In this document: positions 54,390 through 64,000 of the stretch, piece after piece
Position numbering within the stretch: position 1 is the first letter of the stretch
Layout of the letters: every line of letters begins with the position of its first letter
NCBI GenBank assembly: GCA_963707985.1
Contig: CAVPRW010000029.1
Location: forward strand, 74,815 to 138,814
Reading direction: 5' to 3'
DNA from: an uncultured Nitrospinota bacterium
GTDB lineage: Bacteria; Tectomicrobia; Entotheonellia; J063; CAVPRW01
Length of the DNA stretch: 64,000 nucleotides
The notes under the pieces: model-generated
Seen by the model: only the letters and a program-made list of their open reading frames with translations
Told to the model about the DNA's origin: nothing
Database searches by the model: none
Translations under genes and position numbers: made by a program

Positions 54390-55799
54390 ATGAGGTTTAT
54401 TACGTGTCGGCAGCCAACATTCCAGGCTGCCGCTGCCAGTCACACAAGGTTTTTCCATGATGACGCATCTAGTGTTCTTAAAGTTGGTTTGAGGGTCGTT
54501 GTTTGCCTAGTGATGCTCACGGGGTTGACAAGCGGAGCTGCAAATGCCGCCACCGGTGACAGGAAAATCATCATCTTTCAGGATGGGACTTCTGTGCAAG
54601 TGCAACAACAAGTGGTCGAGCGGAGCGGTAGTCGGGTGCTACATCTCCTCTCACTGATTAATGGCGTCGCGATCGAGCTACCTACCGAGAACGCCGCGCA
54701 GACTCTGGTAGCCCTGCAATCGGATCCAATCGTGGTAGGGATTTACGATGACCTCGCCAACTCAGGACAGGATGGAGGAGGTGACAACGTTATTGTCATC
54801 ACTCCTGCCGATCCTCCTACTCAAGAGTTTTACCCTTGGGGACTAGACACAATCCATGTTCCCGACGTGCATCAACAAGAGCCGGGCCTAAAAGGATCTG
54901 GAGTAATAGTCGCCATGCTCGATACCGGTATTGATATGAAACACCCGGATCTGAGCAAGAGTATTAAAGGTGGCTACAACGCAATGGCCGGACAGGAGTT
55001 ACGAGGCTATCAAGACGACAACGGCCATGGGACACATATGGCAGGGATTATTGCGGCACGTATGAATCGCCTTGGGGTCGTCGGTGCAGCGTACCAAGCC
55101 CAAATGGTGGCCGTGAAGGTGCTTGATCAGAATGGAAATGGTCGACTATCCGATCTAATCAACGGACTAGGATGGATTAGTACCAACAAGATTAGAGTCG
55201 TCAATATGAGCCTGGGGTTCTCTGAAGACAGCCCCCTCTTAGAGCGGGCGATCCGACATCTCTATGCGGCGGGTGTGATCATGGTGGCCTCCGCTGGAAA
55301 CGGAGGCACTACCTGTGCACAAGACGGTGGCGGGGATGACGGGGGTGGAGACGATGGGGGCGGAGATGGTATCGCCCAAGATGGCGGCGGCGACGATGGA
55401 GGCGGGGATGCCGGCTGCGAAACCTCTCAAAAAGCTGTCCACTACCCAGCTCGCTATCCCTGGGTGATATCAGTAGCGGCCACGAATGGTGATGACAAGG
55501 TAACGGGTTACAGTCAGTCTGGAAAGGTTGATGTGGCGGCCCCTGGCGGCTCGCAGTCCGGGCCGCGCATTTTCTCTACCAACAACGGGGGAGGCTATGG
55601 GTGGGGTAGTGGGACCAGCCAGGCGGCCGCACATGTCACTGGTGCCCTCGCACTGGTGTTACAAAAGCATCCAAAGATGTCTTATGAGGAGGCGATGACG
55701 CTTCTCCAGGAGACGGCTAGGGATCTCGGCGAGCCGGTGGAGCGCCAGGGGGCGGGATTGATCGATGTAGAGGCCATGATCAAGGCTCTCAAGCGGTGA
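54390..55799 (+). CDS. S8 subtilisin-like serine peptidase with propeptide and Asp/Gly insertion
   Basis: MLDTG, HGTHMAG, ASAGN, GTSQAA; AGGAGG RBS. Confidence 0.92.
   Translation: MRFITCRQPTFQAAAASHTRFFHDDASSVLKVGLRVVVCLVMLTGLTSGAANAATGDRKIIIFQDGTSVQVQQQVVERSGSRVLHLLSLINGVAIELPTENAAQTLVALQSDPIVVGIYDDLANSGQDGGGDNVIVITPADPPTQEFYPWGLDTIHVPDVHQQEPGLKGSGVIVAMLDTGIDMKHPDLSKSIKGGYNAMAGQELRGYQDDNGHGTHMAGIIAARMNRLGVVGAAYQAQMVAVKVLDQNGNGRLSDLINGLGWISTNKIRVVNMSLGFSEDSPLLERAIRHLYAAGVIMVASAGNGGTTCAQDGGGDDGGGDDGGGDGIAQDGGGDDGGGDAGCETSQKAVHYPARYPWVISVAATNGDDKVTGYSQSGKVDVAAPGGSQSGPRIFSTNNGGGYGWGSGTSQAAAHVTGALALVLQKHPKMSYEEAMTLLQETARDLGEPVERQGAGLIDVEAMIKALKR
55314..55418 (+). repeat. DGGGD peptide repeats between two Cys
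   Basis: CAQDGGGDDGGGDDGGGDGIAQDGGGDDGGGDAGC. Confidence 0.9.
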
Positions 55800-55985
55800 C
55801 GTTGGTGCAGAGACCTCTCAAACCGTTACGGTGAGGGAAGCTCGGAAAGGCACTCGCCACACGACCTATAGGGCAATGACCCCTAACGTGGGGATGCGAT
55901 CAACGCCTTCTGCCCGGGTTTGAAAGGTAAGAGGTCTGTATCTCATCCCCATGCCAGGGAATCAAAGGGAAAAGAAGGAGGTCAG

Positions 55986-57659
55986 ATGCCAAAGTTAGTA
56001 CGCACGGGATTTCTGACGTGGTTGTGGGTTTGCCTTTATGTATTGACAGGAAGTTCCTTCGGTCTGGCAGAAACTCTGGGGGGGCTGGAGCCGGATGCGA
56101 AGTTCGGGGGTACTTACCGCCGGGCGCTGGCCAACAATCCGGCTACGCTTGATCCTGCTTTCGTCAGCGATATATATAGCCGCACCGTTGTCACACAACT
56201 ATCCAAGGGCCTGGTCCAGTTCGATGCGCACCTCAACCCTATTCCTGCTATTGCCGAGTTCTGGGAAGCTTCCCGTGATGGTCGCATCTGGACCTTTACC
56301 TTGCGCCAGGGAGTCCTGTTCCATCACGGCAGGGAAGTGACAGCGCAGGATTTTGTCTATTCTTTTACGCGCCTCCTTAGCCCCAAAGCACTTGGGCCCG
56401 TGACCGATTTTCTCCGCCGGATTCAGGGAGCGGATGAGTTCATTGAGGGAAAAACGGCCACAGTTCAAGGGTTGAAAGCCATCGACCGCTATACCCTGCA
56501 GTTGGCTCTGAAACAACCTTTCGCCCCTTCTTTGACTGTACTGGGACTGGCCAATGCCGCAGTCGTCCCTCAAGAAGAGGTGGAGCGATTGGGAGACCGC
56601 TTCGCCCAGGCTCCGGTGGGGGCTGGACCGTTTAAGTTGGTACGGTGGGATACTGGCCAGGAAATTGTTTTGGAAGCCAATGAGCATTACTATGAGGGCC
56701 GACCCTTTCTCGATACCGTCGTGTTCAAGATTGGCGGGACGTTTGAGCAGACATTCACCCAGTTCCTCGCGGGAAACCTAGATGAGGCAATCATCCCCAG
56801 CGGGAAGACAGAAGAGGTCCAAAACGATCCGCGGTACCGTCAGTATCAAATGCTCCGAAGGCCAACGCTTGGCCTGCTCTTCATCGGGTTTAACACGCAT
56901 CTCAAACCTTTTGATGATAAGCGTGTGCGACAGGCATTCAACTATGGGGTGGACAAGGAAGCCATCGTCCGGGAGATCACTCAAATGGGCAGCTTGCCAG
57001 CGAACGGGGTTCTTCCCCCTGGCATGCCTGGACACGATCCTGATCTCCAGGGGTATTCTTATGATCCCGCTAAGGCCAAGGAGCTCTTGGCAGAAGCAGG
57101 ATATCCGAACGGGGCCGGTTTCCCGGTGGTCCAGCTCTGGACGGTTTCCAAAGCTGAGAGTACGAAGGCAGAGCTAGCGGCCTATCGAAGGTATCTGGCC
57201 GAGCTAGGCGTAAAGATAGACATCCACTTTATAGACCAATGGACGCGCTACACAGAAATGTTACAGCGCGGGGAACTCCAGATATTCCGCTATGCCTGGT
57301 ATGCGGACTTCCCCGACCCTGATAATTTTTTCTTTCCACTCCTCCATTCTGCTGGTCAGCCCAACTATATGCGCTACCGAAATCCTCAAGTGGATCAACT
57401 GCTGGAACGGGCCAGAGAGGAGTTGGATTACGTGCAGCGGGTCACACTCTATCGTGAAGCAGAACGCATTGTCATGGAAGATGCGCCATGGATTGCTCAG
57501 CACAACCACATCTTCGAATACCTGTATCAGCCATATGTGCAAGGCGTCGAGGTTAGTCTCTTGGGCGATCGGTGGATTCCGATGAACAAGATCTGGCTGA
57601 AGGGCACCTCGAGAGGGTCCGGTACGGGGACAGCATCGAATGCCAAGACAGTGCAGTAA
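55986..57659 (+). CDS. ABC family-5 substrate-binding protein
   Basis: TLDPA, WTFTLRQGVLFHHG, VGAGPF, VRQAFNY, WYADFPDPDNF. Confidence 0.9.
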   Translation: MPKLVRTGFLTWLWVCLYVLTGSSFGLAETLGGLEPDAKFGGTYRRALANNPATLDPAFVSDIYSRTVVTQLSKGLVQFDAHLNPIPAIAEFWEASRDGRIWTFTLRQGVLFHHGREVTAQDFVYSFTRLLSPKALGPVTDFLRRIQGADEFIEGKTATVQGLKAIDRYTLQLALKQPFAPSLTVLGLANAAVVPQEEVERLGDRFAQAPVGAGPFKLVRWDTGQEIVLEANEHYYEGRPFLDTVVFKIGGTFEQTFTQFLAGNLDEAIIPSGKTEEVQNDPRYRQYQMLRRPTLGLLFIGFNTHLKPFDDKRVRQAFNYGVDKEAIVREITQMGSLPANGVLPPGMPGHDPDLQGYSYDPAKAKELLAEAGYPNGAGFPVVQLWTVSKAESTKAELAAYRRYLAELGVKIDIHFIDQWTRYTEMLQRGELQIFRYAWYADFPDPDNFFFPLLHSAGQPNYMRYRNPQVDQLLERAREELDYVQRVTLYREAERIVMEDAPWIAQHNHIFEYLYQPYVQGVEVSLLGDRWIPMNKIWLKGTSRGSGTGTASNAKTVQ

Positions 57660-59238
57660 TCTTATGCTGCTATTGCCGCCGCTAGCTTATATAAGCGGAG
57701 TCCAGAGCGGGCTATGGAATATTCTCAGGAATCTGCCTCGCCGCACGCTCCAGCTGCTCCGAGGCAGCCTGCGAGTGAAGTTTATCGTCCTCATCGTGTC
57801 CCTGGAAATTGTCCTGATGGGGGCAGTGACGTTTGTGGTAGAGGGACATCAGCGTCGAGCTATTTTGGAGCAAACACGATTACGCGCGTTATCACTGGGA
57901 ACCAGCTTAGCTGCTCTGAGTGAAGGATATTTGCTGAGCTATAACTTCGTTAAGCTAGAACAGGCGTCCGAAAATGTGACGATTAGCGAAGCGGACGTGG
58001 TGTATACCGTAACCCATCTACGGGATGGAAAAGTCGCGGCATTCAGTGGGCGCAATGAACTCCAGGGCAAAACACTCGATGATCCCGTGAGTCAGCAAGC
58101 CCTTGCGGCGGACACGCCGTTGGTACAGCACATTTTGATGCCTCAGACCAACGCGCCGGGATATGATGTGGCTATTCCAGTCTATGCCCCGGGGAGCCCT
58201 AAGAAGTGGGGAACGATTCGGTTAGGATTTTCCCTCGAGCGTGCTTATGAGCTTATCCATCAGACCAGACGCGATCTCGCCCTGCTCAGCCTAGCTTCGA
58301 TATTCTGCGGCACGTCACTTGCCGTCTTTCTGGCTATGCGCATCTCTAAACCAGTCGGCCAATTGGTGGTAGCAGTCCATCAATTCGCAGGTGGTGCCTA
58401 CGATCGTCCCATTCAAGTTGATGCCAGCGACGAAATAGGCTATTTGGCAGAAGCTTTTGAGCGGATGCGCACGTCGTTGCGGCGCCACCTTGCCCATTTG
58501 GCCGAGGAAAAACGACGCCTAGAGGAAACTAATTGCCGATTGCAGGAGACTCAGCAACAACTCCTCCAGAGTGAGCGCTTGGCGGCTGTGGGCAAGTTAG
58601 CTGCTCGGGTGGCTCATGAGGTCAATAACCCTCTCGCCATTATCAAGACGGGTATTTGCATTCTGAGAAATCAGAGCCATGAGGACGACTTGACCAATGA
58701 GCATCTGAAGATGATCGAGGAAGAAATCAATCGGATTGCTCGAATCCTCCGAGAACTGCTCGATTTCTCACGTCCCAGCCCCATTGAGCAAATGGTGGAC
58801 GTGAATGCCGTCATCCAAAGCCTGGAATTCTTGCTCGCGCAGAATCTCCAAGAAAAGCACATTGCTCTCAGCGTCATGCTCGATCCGACAATCCCACTAG
58901 TGCAGATGTCTCCAGATCACTTGAAGCAGGTGCTCTTCAATCTAGTGCGCAATGCCGAGGATGCCATGCTTGGTGGAGGGCACTTGAGGATTCAGACCTC
59001 TCCAGCAGATGCTGGTATGGAAGTGAGTATCTCGGATAGTGGATGCGGTATCGCGCCAGAACATATCCCCTATCTGTTTGATCCATTCTTCACAACGAAA
59101 GCGGATCAAGGGGGAATGGGACTCGGCTTATCTGTTATATATGGCATCATCAAAAATGCCCATGGACACATCGAAGTCGAGAGCAAAGTCGGCAAGGGGA
59201 GTACATTTCGGGTAATCTTGGCAGCCTGCAAGGCCTAA
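57640..59238 (+). CDS. Membrane HAMP-domain sensor histidine kinase
   Basis: Two TM segments, DEIGYLA, AHEVNNPL, NLVRNA, DSGCG, FFTTK, GLGL. Confidence 0.92.
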   Translation: MPRQCSNLMLLLPPLAYISGVQSGLWNILRNLPRRTLQLLRGSLRVKFIVLIVSLEIVLMGAVTFVVEGHQRRAILEQTRLRALSLGTSLAALSEGYLLSYNFVKLEQASENVTISEADVVYTVTHLRDGKVAAFSGRNELQGKTLDDPVSQQALAADTPLVQHILMPQTNAPGYDVAIPVYAPGSPKKWGTIRLGFSLERAYELIHQTRRDLALLSLASIFCGTSLAVFLAMRISKPVGQLVVAVHQFAGGAYDRPIQVDASDEIGYLAEAFERMRTSLRRHLAHLAEEKRRLEETNCRLQETQQQLLQSERLAAVGKLAARVAHEVNNPLAIIKTGICILRNQSHEDDLTNEHLKMIEEEINRIARILRELLDFSRPSPIEQMVDVNAVIQSLEFLLAQNLQEKHIALSVMLDPTIPLVQMSPDHLKQVLFNLVRNAEDAMLGGGHLRIQTSPADAGMEVSISDSGCGIAPEHIPYLFDPFFTTKADQGGMGLGLSVIYGIIKNAHGHIEVESKVGKGSTFRVILAACKA

Positions 59239-59284
59239 GTGCAATCGCTCCCAAAGCGTGACGCCACACAAGGAGTTGGGATTC

Positions 59285-61486
59285 ATGGGTGAACAGCCTG
59301 TCATTCTCCTCATTGAAGATGAAGCACGCTTACGTGATAACCTTCGGACCCTACTGCAGAGCGAAGGCTATCTTGTGACGGTAGCTCAAAATGGTGCTGA
59401 AGGGATTAAACGGCTAGGACAAGAGTCCTTCGATCTTGTGATCACGGATCTTGTCATGCCTGAGATTGATGGATTTCCAGGTTCTAGAATATCTGAAAGC
59501 TTATTCACCAGAAACCGTTGTGGTGGTGATGACAGCATATGTATCGGCAGGATCGGTCATCGACGCTCTTCGCAAAGGGGCGTATGATTATCTCTCTAAG
59601 CCGTTCGAGTTTGACCTGATGAAGGCTACAATTGCACGTGCGCTGGAGAAAGCGCATCTTCAAAAAAGCCTTCGGCACTACATGAATAGCTTGGAACGGA
59701 TGGTCGATGAACGGACCGATGCACTCCAGCAAGCAAATGTCCGGCTCGAGGCGGCAAACCGACTGAAAAGCGAATTCTTAGCCAATATGAGCCACGAGAT
59801 CCGGACACCGATGAACGGCATCATTGGGATGACTGAACTCGCACTCGATACAAAGCTCACAGCCGAGCAGCGAGAATACCTGACGCTGGTGAAAGCGTCG
59901 GCTGACTCTTTACTCACCATCCTTAACGATATCCTTGACTTCTCGAAGATTGAAGCCGGCAAGTTAGAGTTGGAGCCTGTGCCCTTTAGCCTGCGTGAGG
60001 ATGTGGGGACCACGCTCAAGACCTTGGCTTTACGAGCGCACCAGAAAGGATTGGAGCTGGCCTCCGAGGTACACACCGACGTGCCGGACGCTCTAGTGGG
60101 TGATCCAGGACGCCTACGGCAGATCATCGTCAACCTCGTCGGCAATGCCATCAAGTTCACCGACCAAGGGGAAGTGGTGGTCGAAGTCCGACGACAGCCG
60201 GAAACAGATCGGCAGGATTCGGCATCGGAGGTCGGTGAGGATGGAGCGATGGTCTTGCACGTATCGGTGCGGGATACGGGAATAGGGATTCCGCAAGAGA
60301 AGCATCGTCTGATTTTTGAGCCTTTTGCGCAAGCGGATGGTTCCACGACCCGGAAACATGGCGGTACCGGTCTTGGGCTGGCCATTGCTTCTCATCTCAC
60401 GCAGTTGATGGGGGGAGAACTATGGGTCGAGAGCGTGGTGGGTCAGGGAAGTACCTTCCACTTTACCGCTCAGTTTGCCGTCCAGGGTCCAGTCTTGACG
60501 ACATTATTGGGTCTGGAGAAAACGAACGTGTGCGACGTCCCGCGTGCTGATTGTTGACGATAATGCGACCAATCGACGCATTCTGCATGATATGCTCGCA
60601 CATTGGGGGATGCGGCCAACCGTCGTCGAGAGTGGGAGGACAGCCTTGGATATCCTGGAACATGCTGAGGGCGAAGGCCAGCGATTTCCCTTGGTTCTCC
60701 TCGATGCACAGATGTCCGACATGGATGGTTTCAGTGTGGCGGAACGGATTACATACAATCCTCGCCTCAAGGGGATAATCATCCTGATGCTCAGCTCGGG
60801 TGACCAAGGCAATATCGAAGCCCGCTGCCGACAGACTGGCGTGAGCTTTCTACCTCCGAAAGCCAATTATCCGATCAGAACTTTGGGAGGCCCTTATCAC
60901 CGTCTTGGGACGGTCAGGAGCAGAGCGGATAGAAGCAGCACCGACAGATCGTCCCCACGAGGTCCATGACTTGCAACATCGTCTTGAGACACTCCCCAGC
61001 AGACGGTTGCGTATTCTGCTAGCTGAGGATAATATCGTCAACCAACGACTAGTTGTCCGCTTGTTGGAGAAATATGGACACACAATAATCGTTGCGAGCA
61101 CGGGGCGGGAGGTGCTCGCTGCCCTTGCCCAGCAACCAGTTGACTTGGTGCTGATGGATGTGCAGATGCCCGACATGGATGGATTGGAAGCGACAGCTGT
61201 GATCCGCGAGCAGGAACGTCAGGGCGGAGGTCATTTGCCTATCATTGCTCTCACCGCGCATGCTATGAAAGGTGATCAGGAACGGTGTCTTGCCTCTGGA
61301 ATGGATGCTTACATTGCGAAACCCATCAATGCGCAGACACTCTCTTCTGCTATCTCCAAAGTCCTAAATTGCGCAATCTCCTTTAACCTACCTACGAGGG
61401 AATTGCCAATAGACAGTCTCAAGGTTTATCGTGTATCACCTCCCCAAGATAACACATTGAAAGTGGGAGGTTCTTATACCAAGTGA
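59285..61486 (+). CDS. Cytoplasmic hybrid kinase REC-HisKA-HATPase-REC-REC; frameshifts near 59475, 60540 and 60850
   Basis: [45 protein letters not shown]. Confidence 0.85.
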
Positions 61487-61623
61487 CGAGGCAGGGAGAG
61501 TGTTCAAAACGAGATAGATATAGTGTGCTGTTCATTCCTTCGTATCCTACACAGAAGCGCGAGCATATGATTACGTGTAAAAATCGCCAAGACCCCCATA
61601 CCGTAAAAAATGCACTTGTGCGA

Positions 61624-63080
61624 CTCCACTTTGGCCATTTTGAGGAGGCAGGGGGGTGCGATGTCCTTTACGAGAGATGATCTCTGTCAAAGTTCATGCG
61701 ATCGACGGAGGACATCGCATGCCACCCCTGCCCGAAGCCATCATCCTGGTCGGAGCCCCGGTCGCACCACTCTTTTCGCCGCGTGTCTGGCGCCATGTGC
61801 AGGTCTTGCTCCTAGGCGCGATGCTCGCCCCGGGGGCACGCACGGTGACGGCGGCCTTGCGGGGCATGGGGTTGGGTTGCGAACGTCACTTCATCAACGA
61901 CCATCGGGTCTTGAACCGGGCCACGTGGTCGATTCGCCAGTCCGGTCGCATGCTGTTGGGATGGCTGATGACATCGCTGATGCCCGCGGGAGCGACGATC
62001 GTGCTCGGGGCCGACGACATGGGGGAGCGCCGTGCTGGGCGGAAGATCACGGCCAAGGGCGGCGGTCGCGATGCGGTGCGCTCCAGCACGAAGCCCGTCA
62101 TCCGCTGCTGCGGCTTGAAATGGGTCTCGATGAGGCGCTTGGTCCCGGTGCCCTGGGGTCAGCGAATGTGGGCCTGGCCCTTGCTCACCGCGCTGTGCTC
62201 GCCTACGCAGCAGGGCGGCCGCCGCCGGACAAGACCAGCATCGACTGGGGACGGCACATGATGCAGCAGGGACGGCGCTGGCTGCCGGGACTGCGGCTGG
62301 TAGTGGTGGTCGACGGGGGCTTTGCCGCGGTGTCGCTGGCGTTGGCCGGTGTCACACACCACGTGGGCAGGGTCTCGCGCCTGCGCTGGGATGCGGCCTT
62401 GTATCACCCACCAGAGCCCTACCCCCCGGCAAGCGAGGACGCAAACCCACCAAGGGGCCGTGCCAACGCAGCCTGCAAGCCTGGGCGAACCGCAGTGATA
62501 CCCCCCTGGCAGACCGTGCAAGTGGACTGGTAGGGCGGCCAACGGAAAACCTTGTGGGTCTTCTCGCACACCGCCCTGGGGTAGACCCCCGGCTTGCCCC
62601 CGGTCGACATTCGTGATGTGCTCGTGGCGGACCCGGAGGGGAAACTGCGCCTGGAAGCCTTCTTCTGTACCGATCTGCGGGCCACACCCGTGGAGATCCT
62701 GCCGTGGGTCGTCAGGCCCTGGTCCGTCGAGGTGACCTGTGAAGCAGCCCGGGCCCATCTCGGTGTGGAGACGCCACGGCAGTGGTCGGATCGTGCCATC
62801 GCGCGCACGACCCCCGTCCTGCTGGGGGTGTTCTCGCTGGTGACGGTGCTGGCCCTGCAGTGGCGCCAGGACGGTCAGATCCCAGTGCCGGTGACGGCGT
62901 GGTATCACACCGCCGAGCCGACCTTCGGGGACCGTTTGGCCTTGGTCCGTCAACATCTCTGGCATGCCCGCTCTTTGGTGACCTCTGGTGCGGAGCTTGA
63001 GTTCGTGCAATTTCCACGGGCGGCCTTAGAGCGCTTGCTCACGGGCCTTTCCCCTAGCGGCCTCATTGGGCAAAGCCGAG
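61624..63080 (+). mobile_element. IS701-family element, decayed
   Basis: Transposase relic from ATG 61719 (DHRVLNRATWS, GADD, WSVEVTCEAARAHLG); imperfect TIRs CTCCACTTTGGCCATT / ATTGGGCAAAGCCGAG. Confidence 0.75.
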
Positions 63081-64000
63081 TGAAATAGCCACACAGAAAC
63101 AGGCTACGCAAGAGCTTCCCGAGAGCACTGCTGGCCTTGTGAATCGGGTCGGTTCGGGCCGCCGCCCCAAAGGGCTCAAGCGCCAGGACGGCTGATGTCC
63201 ACCCGCCGTCAATGGAGGCAGTCACGCGAATGAGCTGGTCCCATCCCATGTCCAGCTGGCGTAATGAGACGTCCCGATCGACCATACGTTCCAGGACGTG
63301 AGGCACGGGCACCTCGCGTGGAATATGCAGCCGTCGGTCCCGGAGATGGCTCAAGCGCAGACGGAGATCGAACCCCAGGAGCTTGCTGATCGCCATCCCA
63401 AAATCGGTATAGCCATGCGTGTCAACGGCGATCCGTTCCTCGTTGGCCGCTGCCGTTTGCCGCACGATTCCCTCAATGGTTGCCCCTGCTTGCCGTTGGT
63501 GTAATACCAGTGGCTGGCCGTAGATGAGCCCCCATTGATCGAGGACATGCGAATAGATTCCGATGGCGTAGGTCCGCCGCCGGGGGTCGACCCGTGCGTT
63601 CCACAAATGCCGTGAAGCCTTCAGGTTCATGGCATCGGCGGAGGCGAACGTCCCTTCTCCCCACACCTTGACTACTGAAGCCGATGCAAAAACTCCAGGA
63701 CCAGTGCGTTGGCCTCCCGCCATACCGCTTCATCTTCGAGCCGAGGCATGGCCTCCGCAATCGCCGCTTCCGACAGCGCAGGCATCATCAAGGCCACACC
63801 GGCCGCATCGAGCTCTGTCCCATGGGCGAGGAGCGCGGCATACACGCTGAGTAACTCCCGGTCCTGAAGCGGGTCTCATGATCGATCGCCCTGAGTAGAG
63901 TTGGCAACTGCGCCACCCGAACCTCCTTGGAGAGCGCTTGCTTCGTGGCTTCAAGGTCAGGGGGCACCTCCTCCGCCTCCAGCGCCTGGAGGTGGCCCCC
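63081..64000 (-). mobile_element. Tn3-family transposase relic truncated by IS701
   Basis: WGEGTFASAD, AVDTHGYTDF, LGKLLRSLFL. Confidence 0.8.

Noticed and set aside
2067..61486. Frameshifts in the NRPS genes, mrpA, mrpD, pilQ, the LivJ-like gene and the hybrid kinase as pseudogenisation or programmed frameshifting
   Set aside because: They are scattered single indels in otherwise well-conserved genes, typical of long-read consensus errors; accurate reads are needed to decide.
1..64000. CRISPR arrays, tRNA/rRNA genes, integron integrase intI
   Set aside because: No regularly spaced repeats, structural RNA genes or IntI motifs were seen by eye.

Overview
GC-rich bacterial window. The gene mix (family-5 solute-binding proteins, LLM and F420/PPOX oxidoreductases, NRPS, many decayed IS) resembles Ca. 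Tectomicrobia/Entotheonella-like genomes; this is an inference only. Many conserved genes carry single indels, most likely long-read assembly errors. Left to right: ABC substrate-binding gene; two-gene NRPS (acyl-CoA-ligase-like starter-T-C-A-T, then C-A[Gly]-T-TE); mksF/E/B (Wadjet jetABC-like) SMC operon with no mksG/jetD, directly behind mrpABCDEFG and queC; spoVG-trmJ; site-2 protease; pilMNOPQ-aroB and a large Ig-repeat lipoprotein; FlgO pair; moaDE; thiolase plus an isobutyryl-CoA-mutase-like gene; TusA, LLM, M48, RraA and PPOX genes. At 47.4-51.6 kb is an integron-cassette-like island with no IntI: a decayed tyrosine-recombinase/IS91-transposase element whose two ends each run into an outward-facing attC or attC-like site. 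These are followed by a SIR2-domain pseudo-cassette (left) and an inverted hicBA cassette (right), whose attC is cut at the GTT by an IS110-family element. Then come IS debris, a c-di-GMP-I riboswitch ahead of a subtilase with a Cys-bracketed Asp/Gly loop, an SBP-sensor kinase-hybrid kinase operon, and IS701/Tn3 relics.
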